DNA from: Octopus vulgaris
Lineage: Eukaryota
Assembly: GCA_951406725.2 (NCBI GenBank)
Contig: OX597819.1
Coordinates: 57,846,001 to 57,910,000 of the forward strand
Direction of reading: 5' to 3'
DNA: 64,000 nt
In this document: in pieces, positions 12,395-26,397 of the stretch
Position numbering within the stretch: position 1 is the stretch's first letter
Layout of the letters: every line of letters starts with the position of its first letter
Made by a program: the position numbers and the translations under genes
The notes under the pieces: model-generated
Told to the model about the DNA's origin: nothing
Seen by the model: the letters and a program-made list of their open reading frames with translations, nothing else
The model's database searches: none

Positions 12395-12561
12395 ACGCAT
12401 TTTTTCACTCTTTGTTACTGTCCTTGTTTCTTTCTGTCGAAGAGCGTAGGCTCGAAACGTAAAAGACTTGTTCTATTTCTATTCCTGAGCGCCATACTAA
12501 TACATTTGCTTGTTTGTACTCCACCTACCTTCGTCTTTTGTCTATTTTCGTAAACTTTCCC

Positions 12562-12614
<53 letters not shown>

Positions 12615-13345
12615 ACTCCTTGCAACACCTATCTGTTCTCGGTTTGTCCTTGCACAGAAGCCATCAGGATTCCCGTTTGCGCCGTGAACAGGGATTAATC
12701 TTCTCTCTTCGCTCTTTTACACCATTTGGTCTCAACTCTCCTTCCTTCTCACCCTCCCCCCTCATCTCATCTCATCTCACCCTCACCCCCTCCTTCTTTC
12801 CTTCTCCCCATCTCACCCTCCCTCCTCACTCTCACCTTTCCTCTTCTCCCTCCTCCCTCCTCCCTCCTCCCTCCTCCCTCCTCTTCTCTTTCCTTCTCCC
12901 CCTTATTTCCCCCTCTCACCCTCCCCCCTCATTTCTCCTCCCTCCTCCTCCCCTCTCCCCTTCATCTCCTCTCTCTACACTACACCATACGACATTACAC
13001 ATCACATCATACATACACACGTCCAGACCTTTCACACGCACTACATACTCTCTCATACACACACGCACCCTTATGTTGGGGCGAAGTCATTTGACCCTGT
13101 TATCTCCCCTACCTTCGCTCTCACGTCTGATCTCTGACTTCTGCCCGGAATCAGATCGCCATGTTGAATCGCTAGCTTCTGCACGCATTTTTTTCTCTCC
13201 TTGTTTCTCTCCGTGTTTCTTTTCTGTGTATCTTTCTGTTGAAGAGCGTAGGCTCGAAACGTAAAAGACTTGTTTTATTTATATTCCTGAGCGCCATACT
13301 AATACAAATGTTTGTTTGTACTCCACCTGCCTTCGTCTTTTGTTT
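12395..13345 (+). mobile_element. Penelope-like 3' fragment with tandem pseudo-LTRs (~12395-12562 and ~13183-13345)
   Basis: HSLQHLSVLGLSLHRSHQDSRLRREQGLIFSLRSFTPFGLN at ~12613-12735 is a GIY-YIG C-terminus homologous to 62670-62790; the two ~165-bp repeats are near identical. Confidence 0.8.
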
Positions 13346-13364
13346 ACTTTCATAAAGCTTCCCG

Positions 13365-13438
<74 letters not shown>

Positions 13439-13487
13439 GCATGTATGTAGCGAGAGAGAAAGATATACACATATATATGTCTATTAT

Positions 13488-14697
<1,210 letters not shown>

Positions 14698-14699
14698 GT

Positions 14700-15815
14700 T
14701 CTTCATTTGTTGTATTGTATGGCATATTTATATATTTTTCCCTCTTAGTTATGCTGTAGTTCTTTATATGGAAGTTGGCATTGGATGATCTTTCCTAATT
14801 GTAACCGTGTATATTTGAATGGTCCGGCTCTTTGCTCAGAGAATCATTCAATGATGTCTTATTTATTTTGATAGAAGTCCCTTTTATGCTTCTAATTTAT
14901 TTAGACCGGCAAGTGAATATTTGAGGAACTCTAAATATCAGATTGTTGCTGTATTGTGTGCTTACTTGTAATTTAAAGGTGGAATGTGTGGAAGCTGGCA
15001 GTGTATACCAGTTTTTGCATGAAAGTTTTCTTTAATGCCAAAGTTTGCAATATGATCTTCCAGCTTCTTCTCTTCGTAAATAATAATATATCTCTCTTTT
15101 CATTGTTCAAAGGAGCATAGACGTAGAGCTTTCATATGTTACCGGTAATGAAATTCTTTAACTGAAGTCATCATGCTTCTGAAGGTTCTCTTTAACCTTT
15201 CAATTTCATCTGCAAGACCGGTTGTGTTTGGAGACCCAATATACGAGCAGTAATCTAGTCTACTGGAAACTAAGGTTTTCTGTGAAATGAGTATAGCTAA
15301 AGGTTTTCGTGTTATGAATGTTCTCAAGAACCATCAGACGAGATGGGTGCATTTAGAGATCAAGTTTATGTGGCCGATGAAAAATGCATCCTGGTGACAT
15401 GATAACTCTTAAGACCTATGTTTATTTGAGTTTCCAGTCGTTTTTTGTCAGGTGTCCAATAATTTATATTGTACATTTCAATTCCGTATTAAACAACCTG
15501 AAATTTCGATCTACTGAATTTCATTTAAAATCATTTTCACCAGCCAATCGAGAAATGAGATTTAGCTCAGTTTGGAGTGTGACAGTATCTTCTGAAATTT
15601 GGATAGTCATCGATACTTTTGTGTCTTCGGCGTAGTACGTTTGATGCGCTTAAAGCACTCTAATCTTATACCTGACAGTATGATGATAATTAATAATGAT
15701 CTTTGTACCGTACCTTGCGGTACACCACTCATGATAGGCCATTTGGCAGAAAGGAGACCGTTTGTAGCAACACATTAATTCTTACCCTGTAGAAAGAAGT
15801 CAAAGAACCATACTC
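14700..15815 (-). mobile_element. Degraded CR1/L2-group LINE reverse transcriptase
   Basis: Minus-strand SGVPQGTV (~15707-15730), YYAEDTKV (decayed YADDTK, ~15615-15638), LVSSRLDYCS, ERLKRTF; stops and frameshifts. Confidence 0.75.
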
Positions 15816-15816
15816 T

Positions 15817-15860
<44 letters not shown>

Positions 15861-15881
15861 ACATACACATATGTGTATGTT

Positions 15882-15915
<34 letters not shown>

Positions 15916-16019
15916 TGTGTGTGTGTGTGTTTAGAAATTTGTGCTGCAAGATTCTTGATGTAAAACCGCGTGTTGAAACAGATATTGTTGTCTTTCAGGA
16001 TGATCATGTACGCACACAT

Positions 16020-16070
<51 letters not shown>

Positions 16071-16130
16071 TACTGACGCAAATGCATGTGCATATAAGGA
16101 TACACATCATAGAAGGACGTAATGGACTAA

Positions 16131-16175
16131 TGTTGCTGAAGAGGTCACAGATGTGTGACGAAAGATTTCCGGACA
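16131..16175 (+). ncRNA. Degenerate minimal hammerhead motif
   Basis: TGTTG CTGAAGA G GTCACA-GATG-TGTGAC GAAA GATT TC CGGACA; strong stem II, imperfect stems I and III. Confidence 0.55.
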
Positions 16176-16371
16176 ATGGACATGAGTTTAAATAAGAACA
16201 GTAATAAACGAGTGATGAACAAATACATAGTGCGTGTGTTTATTTGGCAAAAAGAAAAGAATTTATGTACGGATATGTATATATAAATCCATACGTTGAG
16301 ACTGTGTTCAATACTGTATGTTTAAACTCCATCTTCATACCATGTGCAATGAATAATATTTCACTAGTATA

Positions 16372-16585
16372 GGGCGGCGAGATGGCAGAAACGTTAGCAC
16401 GCCGGGTGAAATGTTTAGCGGAATTTCGTCTGTCATTACGTTCTCAGTTCGAATTCCACCGAAGTCGACTTTGCCTTTCATCCTTTTGGGGTCGATAAAT
16501 TAAGTACAAGTTGAGTACTGGTGTCGATCTAATCCAATGGCCCCCTCCCCCAAAATTCCGGTCCTTGTACATAGAGTTGAAAAGG
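16372..16585 (+). mobile_element. SINE family B
   Basis: GGCGGCGAGATGGCAGAAACGTTAGCACGCCGGG...TTTGCCTTTCATCCTTTTGGGGTCGATAAATTAAGTAC. Confidence 0.88.
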
Positions 16586-16879
16586 ATATTTTACTAGTTT
16601 TCGTTTAGAGTTCGAAGAACATCTCAGGATGCCTGCAGCACAATTCAGTAGTTTGTAATAATTCGGATCAGCCACCTCACTTATAATTTTTGGCTTACAG
16701 AACTTCATCTCCAGACACCCAGGCTCACCACTTCAATAGCTTTTGTCATTTCTTCTTACTCCGAAATTGATACAGAGACGCGATAACGAGACTTAATAAG
16801 ATTAATGCATGTCTAGAGTGTTTTCCCCTGTTTGACTAAATAATTAAAACAATATCAGACAGTAAGATTATTTTCTCGA

Positions 16880-17082
16880 GTCATACAGACTCATAAGAGC
16901 CAGTTTTCAGGTTTCATGGCGTATATATTCCTTGCTTATACGTGACACCGGGCCATCGCAGGATTACTCATTTTTGCCAGCTGAGTGAAGTGTTTCGCGA
17001 TGCGTCGCCTGGTCTAGGAATGGAAATCACAAGATTACCATCGTAAGTCTAACAACCCTAACAACTAACCCACGCCCCTCCA
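16880..17082 (-). mobile_element. tRNA-head SINE related to family C with a different tail
   Basis: Reverse complement GGAGGGGCGTGGGTTAGTTGTTAGGG...CACTCAGCTGGCAAAAATGAGTA. Confidence 0.6.
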
Positions 17083-17160
17083 CTATCAGTCAGTCACTTC
17101 ATGATGTCTGTTCTACAATGCACATCTATTTCTAATAAGATTGTTGATACTCAATATATT

Positions 17161-17910
17161 CTTTCTACTCTAGGCACAAGGCCTGAAATTTTGAGGCAGT
17201 GGGGCCAATCGATTAGATCAACCCTAATATGCAACTGGCACTTAATTTATCGACCCCGAAAGACAATTTTGGAGGAGGAGACCATTCGATTAGTCCGATT
17301 CCAGTGCGTAACTGGTACTTAATTTATCGACCCCGAAAGAATGAAAGGCAAAGTCGACCTCGGCGGAATTTGAACTCAGAACGTAACGGCAGACGAAATA
17401 CTGCTAAACATTTCGCCCGGCGTGATAACGTTTCTTATTTCTTTATTGCCCACAAGGGGCTAAATATAGAGGGTACAAATAAGGACAGACAACGGGATTA
17501 AGTCGATCACATCAACTACAGTGCGTAACTGGTACTTAATTTATTGACCCCGAAAGGATAAAAGGCAAAGTCCACCTCGGCGGAATTTGAACTCAGAACG
17601 TAACAGCAGACGAAATACCGCTAAGCATTTCGCCCGGCGTGCTAACGTTTCTGCCAGCTCGCCGCCTTAGATACTCGGTATATAACAGTATACTTAGTAT
17701 ATTCTTTCTATTCTAGGCATAAGGCCCGAATTTTGGGGGAGGAGGCCATTAGATTAGATCGACACCAGTGCGTAACTGGTACTTAATTTATCGACACCGA
17801 AATGATGAAAGGCAAAGTCGACCTCGGAGGAATTTGAACTAAGAACATAAAGACAGGCGAAATACAACTAAGCATTTCGTCCGGCGTGCTAACCTTTCTG
17901 CCAGCTCACC
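17161..17910 (-). mobile_element. Head-to-tail array of about four SINE family B copies
   Basis: Repeated AACTGG(T/C)ACTTAATTTAT(C/T)GAC(C/A)CCGAAA; TGATACTCAATATATT at 17145-17160 and 17917-17932. Confidence 0.88.
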
Positions 17911-17970
17911 GTGTTATGATACTCAATATATTAAATATCCTAAGTGAAACCTCACTATCGTCTTCTTATG

Positions 17971-18121
17971 GAGGTGGTGGTGGTGGTAGTGATGGTGGTG
18001 GTGGTGGTTGTGGTGGTGGTGGTGGTGGTGGTGGTGGTGGTGGTGGTGGTTGTGGTGGTGGTGGTGGTGGTGCTGGTGGTGGTGGTGGTGGTGCTGGTGG
18101 TGGTGGTGGTGGTGGTGGTGG

Positions 18122-18152
<31 letters not shown>

Positions 18153-18365
18153 GGTGGTGCTGGTGGTGGTGGTGCTGCTGGTGCTGGTGGTGGTGGTGGT
18201 GGTGGTGGTGGTGGTGGTGGTGGTGGTTGTGGTTGTGGTGGTGGTAATGTTATTGGTGGGTGGTGGCAGTTGTGATAGTAGTGGTTGTGATGGTCGTGTT
18301 GGTGGGTGATGGTGGTCCTGTGATTGTAGTGGGAGGTGATTATGGTAGTTGTGGCGATGCTGGTG
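17971..18365. repeat. (GGT)n microsatellite
   Basis: Read directly; source of the poly-G/V/W/P ORFs. Confidence 0.97.
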
Positions 18366-19419
18366 CTGGTTTGTGGTGATGTCTTTGTGTAGTTCCTTGG
18401 TAACTGTGATCGAGAAGAACTATGATCCATGGCTATTCCTTCTATTTTTCATTCCCTCAGATTCCATTGCGTCATTTTAAAAATAGTAATGTGTGATTTG
18501 AGGATCCTTCTGTTGCTACTCCTAGTAGGTCGATTGATCGCATAGCGGCTCGCTTCGTTATCACTCGACTCCACATTTCCATAAATACCCTTTGCAAATC
18601 TTTATAATATACTGAGTTATTTCATCTTTAGAATCGTCTATTCTGTATACGATCAGCGTCAAACCCTTAGTTTAGTCATCTTAAAATATTTCATTCATAT
18701 ATTGAGGAGCAGTTCTACCTCTGTCAATCCCTGTGTGAGCACAATATAGTTCGCTATATCTTAACGTTTAAAAAGATCACAAGTCCATTCGCTCAGTGAA
18801 GTGAACAGTAATTTTTGATTCCAAAATTACTAACGAAACGAATATCCGAGAGGATAACCTGTTATTATCAGGATTCCTGCAAGAGTAAAATCGTTAACTG
18901 AAAATTAATTAAGTCATGCTAATCACCGAAATACTATGTGAAATAGAATTAACTGCTAAAACTCACGGAAATTATCAGTGGTTTGCACTTGTAATAGTAA
19001 TTTCAATACAAAAGAAAAAAAATCCAAGTGAGATATTTCCGGTGTACTGAGAGGAAAACTATAAAATAGATTTGCGGATTTAACTGTTTCTACCCAGAAA
19101 TAATCTAGCTTAAAAAATTTGCTCGAAAATGCATATTATCTCTTCTTCATGGCAGAGGTATTTGGGGAAAAATAAAATTTATTCGATGTAGAAAGAGGGA
19201 ATTGTAAGAACCAAAATGAGCTATAGAATCTTTATTTAATCCCAACGAAAAATCTTGTACAAGTCTCTTGATCTGCTAGAAACAACGGTCATATTTCCTA
19301 GAAGTTATACTTTCCAGTTATAAAAAAATAAAGGATTCAGTCAAGTCATAGATTCATCGTATTTGGGTTAAAACATCGCAGAATACTCATGACTGGAAAG
19401 CTGTTATATCGATCTACTA

Positions 19420-19962
19420 AATAACACCGATCAGCAAACAAGCGGCTTCGTATAGGCTCAGTTACCACTGATTCTGGCTGACAAGATATAATGTCGAAAC
19501 AGCGATATACCAGAATAGCGTGAGTCAATAAGCCGAGTGTGCTTGAACACACTGTCGGCGTAAAAGGGAGATGTTATTTTTCTATGACGTACACTACAGC
19601 GACCAGCTTATTTTGCGTCTGGACTTGCCTAAACGTGTTAAGAATAAATACGAAAATATTAGTTCCATATATTTTGGTGCACAATGCAAATAATATTTCT
19701 TTTTCTTTTATCAGTTGGCAGATATAAGCATTGATCAACAAAATATTTGTTCGCTGAAAGTATATAACCAGCACTTTCGTTTCGGCTCAAAGTTCTCGCT
19801 GGTTTTGGCTGACGAGACGCACGTCGAAGCACCGGTGGCCTAGAATACCACGAGGTAATGAGCTGAATGTGTTGAACACTCGTCATAGAAGCGAGAAGTT
19901 ATCCTCCTGTGACGTAAACTAATTTGGCGTCTGAATATGCCTAGACGAGTTAAGAATAAATG
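19420..19962 (+). mobile_element. Retrozyme-like diverged tandem repeat (331-bp period) with a decayed HHR in each unit
   Basis: HHR motifs at 19471-19516 and 19802-19846; shared downstream TGAACAC...TGACGTA.ACTA...GCGTCTG...TGCCTA.ACG.GTTAAGAATAAAT. Confidence 0.7.
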
Positions 19963-21693
19963 TGCAAACAAAACAACTGTTTTCCCAGATCCTCACAACG
20001 AGGTGACATAGAACCGGGGTGAATTACTCCAAGTGGGGTGAAAATGAAATCCTTGGAGGTAATGAGAACTCATAAGACATAAGTAAAATTATATAAAAAA
20101 AAAAAACGTGTTCCTTGTTACGATAAATGTTCTTCTGGCATGAGGAGACAGCCAAAAAGCTGCTGCCTTTTGTAACAACTTACGTTCACAAACAAGGGTT
20201 TTTCCCTCTAATGAACAAAATAATATGCATCCTAATTGATTGGACCCCAAAGATTGAATCCAAATTGATCTGGCATCAAAATGTCTTTTTATGTAACTGT
20301 AATAAAAATGAAACATTATTTCTCCAAAACTTGAAGTGAAAAAGTTTCTAGAAAAATCCTTTTGTTTCATAATGGGGGTAATAATTTATTTTATCACATT
20401 TGTTTTATCCTCTTTTTATATTTATTATTGTATTCTCCATATAAATAGATTCAATAAACCTTTGAATTCAAAGAATCCATGTTGCTTCAAAGATTTCTAC
20501 ATAAACGATTTAGAATTTCATTGGAACCAGTAGTTGATGTGAAAGGGAATATTAGTCAAGTAGTTAATAATTTTCCCTGGTACAAGCCCGATTGTATCGT
20601 GTGCTATGAATGGCCTATTGCCATAACCTTGGCTCGGCTAAAGGGGTAAGAGGGAAACAGCATTGATATGAACTGTGTGGAAGCCCTATTCAAAGAACCA
20701 ACTCGTCAGAGATTGTGACGCCCTTATTCTGCCGAAAAATTACTTTACGAGTGTTTTAGTTGATCGAATATCTAAGTGCTCATGAATGAAACAAGCGATG
20801 GTTCCACAGTGTCACACACACACACACATACTCACGGGAATACTGACACATACACACACCTGCATATATACAGCATGTCCGTGCTCCTCACGTACCATCA
20901 GTAAAATGACATAGACAGGGATACAGAAGGGGAAAACGAAGGTTCGTGATGAGCCTCCCCAATGAATGGGCGGATCGACTCCATAGCGATATTAGACACC
21001 TATAAAAGATTAACAAAACCACGTGACACTACACAATATAAAAGAAAACATAGAAATATTCAAGGCTTCAATAAAAACATCACTTGAAAGCGCTTTTCCC
21101 TGATATTTAGTAATTAAATAAATGACAGGGCCGTCAGCTTGAAGGAATGAAAGCAATTTACCAACATTTATATCATTTTTCATCTTCAAAGATTTTTTTC
21201 CCCTTCAGAAGTATCCGCCGTACATGGCAGAACTTATACAAAATATGTTCGATGTCTTTATGTTTTGTCTCTTTTTGTGATTACCGCCCCGCTTTCTGCA
21301 TCGACAAAAGCTGATAATAAGTGTGTTTTTAGACAGTAATTTCATATGATAAGCCTGTCTAAAATTCATTCTGAATTTCACGAATCGCATGCATCTCTGC
21401 GGTCATTCATGTACTGATGAATTCGTATACACAGAATTATTGTTATTTCTGTTTTTCTGGGGTTTTTTTTTTTTCATCCATCATTACATACTGGCTATTA
21501 AGACTGACTACTTCGCTGTTCAGTCATTTTTCAAACACCTAATACCGACAAAACGAAGTAAAACTATTATACACTCACAGACACACATACGCAAAATGCA
21601 CACACTCATGCAATATGTGTGTGTGTATGTATCTATGTATATATATCTATCAGTAAATATAAATCTCTATACAGTTATACAAGCATGGACATA

Positions 21694-21729
<36 letters not shown>

Positions 21730-21782
21730 TATATATATGAACATATATATATACATACATATATATATATATATATTTATAC

Positions 21783-21846
<64 letters not shown>

Positions 21847-21887
21847 TTATATTTATGTATATATATATACGTATATATATATATACG

Positions 21888-21961
<74 letters not shown>

Positions 21962-22171
21962 TATCTATGTGTATATATGTATATATATATATATGTTTGT
22001 ACTTATGTATACAGCTATGTGATCATGTCATTGGAATTATGTTGGAAATAACAGATTGTTTCGTAATTTCCCATCTATGCATTGCATTATCCATTTACAA
22101 TAAGTTTGCATGATTCATAGGTATTCTTGATCCACAGTTAAAAGGAGGAATCTTGAAAAGACTAAGCAAAC

Positions 22172-22315
<144 letters not shown>

Positions 22316-22878
22316 AATCTACGCTAAATACTACCATTTTTTTAAAAATGTCTTTAAGTGATAAATGAGTTCGCTCTACAATAGATCTTAGTTTTCAAAA
22401 CCACTAGAACGATATGAGATTTACAGGGCTCTGTACAAGCAAATCTATATATAATAAATATAAATACAATTATAGAAATATATGTGTGTGCGTGTGTATG
22501 TATATATGTATAATATGTATATATATGAGAGGGGGTGAGAGGAGATGAAGGAGATAGGTAGATTTACTTTCGGATGTATGGAATTAATGAATGCGGTCTT
22601 GGATATGTTATTAATCAAAACCTTAAAACAGTATGGACGAGCAAAAGTTCAAGATAGACAAAGAGATAGATAGCGATATGCATTGAGAGGGAGACAGAGA
22701 GAGGAAGAGCAAAGAGGAGAGCGAAATGGAAAACAATAGGCCTTAATCAAAGAGGGAGGAAGAGGAGGAGAGGAGGAGGGGTTGGAGGGAGAGGTGGAGG
22801 AGGAGGAATAATCCGAACATTAGGAGTTGTTAGAAACCGGTTGGAAAATAGATAGGTACAGAATATGTGTGTGTGCGT

Positions 22879-22936
<58 letters not shown>

Positions 22937-23124
22937 AAGAGAGAAAGAGAAATTAATAGTAAGAGTTTGGAAAAAGCATTCAGCGAAAGAATTTGTGGCG
23001 AGGAATAAAAAAATAGCTTTTAATGCGATAACACATTCATGCAGAAAATACATAAGATCTGTCGCCAAAATAGTAATAACGGTGACGCTAGAGAAGGTTA
23101 TTGTTGCTGTGATATTGGTGTTGT

Positions 23125-23156
<32 letters not shown>

Positions 23157-23482
23157 GGTGGTAATGGGGGCAGCAGCGGTAGAACTTGTGGTGGCGCTTT
23201 GTTGGTGTAGCTCCTAATGATGATGATGATAATGATGATGATGATGATGGTGACGATAATGTTGATTTCGTTGATAATCTATTACTGTTCTTCTAGCTGT
23301 GCTCTACATTTGTAGATGCACCACCGAGAGAGAAAGAACAAGACAAACAGACAGACAGACAGTATTCAAATAATTTATATTTTAATATTCATATTAATTA
23401 AATAAGCTTGGCACTGGAGGTGGGGGTCATGTAAAATATATATCAGTCGACAGTCGATTTATTTTTTTCATTTCAACCCCCA

Positions 23483-23534
23483 GCAACTACTACTACTACT
23501 ACTGCTACTACTACTACTGCTACTACTACTACTA

Positions 23535-23574
<40 letters not shown>

Positions 23575-23625
23575 CGCCACCACTACTACTACTACTATTA
23601 CTACTACTACTACTACTACTACCAT
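23483..23625. repeat. (CTA)n microsatellite
   Basis: Read directly. Confidence 0.95.
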
Positions 23626-23701
23626 TCCTGTCGATGTTATGGTTATTAACGCTCAATGTACATCTACAGGCTAATAGAGGTTTTGACCGTGAGATATACA
23701 G

Positions 23702-24070
23702 AGGTGCAGTTGTGGCTGTGTTGTAATAAACTTGCTTCCCAAACCACATGGTTCCAGGTTCAGTCCCAAAGCGTGTCACGTGCATTCTATTATAGCTTCG
23801 GGGCCGCTTAAAATCTTGTGAGTGGAATTGGTAGACGGAAACTGAAAGAAGCTCGTCGTGTGTGTGTGTGTGTAAGTGTTTGTCCCTCATGACCGCTTGA
23901 CAACTGGTGTTGATGTGTTTACGTCCCTGTAACTTAATGCTTCGGCAAAAGAGGGATAGATTAAGTACTAGGATTAAGAAATAAATCGTGGGGCCAATTT
24001 GTTTGACTAAAACCCTCCAAGACGGTGTTTCAGCATGGCCGCAGTCAAATAACAGAAACAAGTAAAAGAA
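23702..24070 (+). mobile_element. SINE family A, near full length
   Basis: GGTGCAGTTGTGGCTGTGTTGTAA head through CAGCATGGCCGCAGTCAAAT...CAAGTAAAAGAA tail. Confidence 0.88.
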
Positions 24071-24277
24071 TATATATATACATATATAATTATATAATTA
24101 GGGCTTAGTAAAATAAATTACTTTGCCACATACTGAACTTAGTAGAAATAGCAGCCAAAAAAAATTTTCTTAGCATTTCTACAACTTAAAGAAAATTTCT
24201 CTCAGATAATGTTTACTCTAGACAGCCCACGAAGGTTTGGAGGTAAATACAGAAAAATATCACAAGTACATAGATCG

Positions 24278-24340
24278 TTTGAGTACGTCAACGTTTCAAG
24301 ATTAGCCAAATAAAATCAGCATTTCTATCGTCAGCTCAAA
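24278..24340 (-). ncRNA. Type I hammerhead motif, canonical core, long stem II
   Basis: Reverse complement TTTGAG CTGACGA TAGA...TCTT GAAA CGT-TG-ACG TA CTCAAA; perfect 6-bp stem I and GUA site; 10.1-11.1 is a U-U mismatch. Lies in a TA-flanked ~500-bp element (~24090-24600). Confidence 0.75.
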
Positions 24341-24662
24341 ATTTCTTAATTTGGATTTGGAAACACTAAAAGAAGGAACTTTACCTATCAGCGAAGTTAT
24401 CGCTTCAGATGAACCACTCCGACTAACAGTGTCAACAAATTCAAAATGCGCAGGCGTAAATTTCTTCAATCCGCTTCCACCCACGTGGTCTATCTAGCAA
24501 ATATTATATTTTAACCGCGAGAACCGAGGCAGTATGACCGAGAGAAATGAATTATAATATCAACAATTGAGGGTAAAATTAATTAATCAATTAATTAATC
24601 AATATATATATATATACTCACACACGGAAACACAGCACAGATAGAGATGTTGATGTGCGTGT

Positions 24663-24707
<45 letters not shown>

Positions 24708-24954
24708 ATTTAATACATTGATTTCTAAGTGTAGTAGCTTAGATTGTATTGAATGCCAATAGCCGATTAGATCAATTTAAATGCTGTGTATTTTACTGAA
24801 GTTTTCCTCGGCAGGATTTGGACTCCGAAATTAAAAATCCGTAAATATATAACTACAAGGCAATATTTCTCATAAAATACTATTCACATATTTTTGCCAT
24901 TTCAATATGGCTAACCCCTAAGGGTGGATGCTACTGTAGTTTTTAGCCCCAGGA

Positions 24955-25265
24955 GGACGTCCGGGAAAAAAATAAAATTGCCCCCCCCCCAGAAGTAGAG
25001 GTAGGCTGGATTGTAGCCACACCTCTATACAAGAGGGAGGACAAGATACAATTGATCGAAATTACAAGAGACGGGCTAACAATTCCAGTCTGTTATATAT
25101 TTTGAGTATTGTTATCACTAGCGATATCAAGATATAACTTTGTATTTTGTATTTTACGTGTAGATGTATATATATAGATGTACATGTAATATGTACATAT
25201 ATATATATACACATATATACATGCACTAGCACTATGACCCGGCAAAGACGGGTCTTTAATGCTAG
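24955..25265 (+). mobile_element. Helitron-like family H, 3' fragment
   Basis: Near identical to ~27493-27808; ends GACCCGGCAAAGACGGGTC...GCTAG|T. Confidence 0.75.
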
Positions 25266-25290
<25 letters not shown>

Positions 25291-25296
<6 letters not shown>

Positions 25297-25441
25297 TTGT
25301 TATCGCCATATTAATATGGCATTCTTATAGATATAAGAACAATCGCTGCCGCTGATCAGCTCCATGAGGCCACCGTCTTAAGATAGCGATTGTTCTTATA
25401 TCTATAAGAATGCCATATTAATATGGCGATAACAATTAATT
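25291..25441. repeat. Perfect 57-bp-arm hairpin; deleted relative of the 58376-58806 element
   Basis: 25291-25347 is the exact reverse complement of 25385-25441; loop GCTGATCAGCTCCATGAGGCC and tail TTTCCAG..ACGCTG..GTAATCTC are shared with the 58 kb element. Confidence 0.9.
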
Positions 25442-25494
25442 TCCAGTAAACGCTGCCGTAATCTCTATTATAGAGACTTAGTAATTTTAATATT

Positions 25495-26187
25495 TCTTGT
25501 ATAGAGGTGTGGCTACAATCCAGCCTACCTCTACTTCTGGGGGTGGGGGGCAATTTTATTTTTTTCCCGGACGTCCCACGTCCCAGATATAAAGGTAAAA
25601 ATAAAATATTTCCACTTTGCAAGTTCAAGTCGAGTACTCCCTTGCACGCTCCGTTGACTCGAACCTTGCTTCTATTGTGGCGAATTTACCGCCTCTGATT
25701 AGATACCTTTCATAGTAGCACCAAGACACTTTTCGAAGGTGCTTTCCTCCATGAGTTCAAATCCTATTTCTCTACATTGTATACTTTATAGACAATAGTC
25801 TTTTCTTTAATTTAATTTTTTATTATCCATCTGGACTATTCCATATTGGTACGCTAATTTTATTTTTAATTTATTCCCATTCATGTGAAACCACTTATTC
25901 AAGTTCAAATCATTGATGCAATTTTATACCAATTGCTATTTTTACTTTTTGTAATGTTACTTTAGTTTGATTTTAATTATTACTTACTACATATAATTCA
26001 ATTGTTATTATTATTTTTATTGTTAAAGTGAAAGTATCTGACATAAAATAGAGAAACGTTTTGTTTCACTTTTAACACGTAATACTGAAATAGTGGAGAA
26101 GATATGATATTGCTATGGGCTCGCTCTAGGCAAGAAGTTGAACATTTTTTTGCCCATGGAACTACATGGACCCTAAGTAAGGCATAT
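25495..26187 (-). mobile_element. Helitron-like family H, internal fragment in inverted orientation
   Basis: Reverse complement of ~26500-27578, lacking ~26855-27240. Confidence 0.8.
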
Positions 26188-26350
26188 AAGAAATAATTGA
26201 GATTCTGTTGAATTAGGTACTTAAGTTGAAGCATCATGTCAGTCCGGTATTATCCGCACAGCTCGTTTTATATATGATGAAAGATATATCTTTATATATA
26301 TAAGCAACTGAGAGTCTGTCTATCAAGAAGTGTGCTTCCTACGACCGTAC

Positions 26351-26395
<45 letters not shown>

Positions 26396-26397
<2 letters not shown>

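Noticed and set aside
17161-17910. CRISPR-like regularly recurring motif
   Set aside because: Units are SINE copies with homologous, not unique, spacers; eukaryotic context and no cas genes.
17886-18430. Gly-rich and Pro-rich ORFs resembling structural proteins or formin
   Set aside because: Pure (GGT)n repeat open in several frames with no flanking domain.
20089-20533. Overlapping 65-93 aa ORFs as a possible host exon or transposase
   Set aside because: No recognisable motif; insufficient evidence.
21414-21440. CTGATGA plus ATTC/GAAT stem
   Set aside because: GAAA and cleavage triplet absent.
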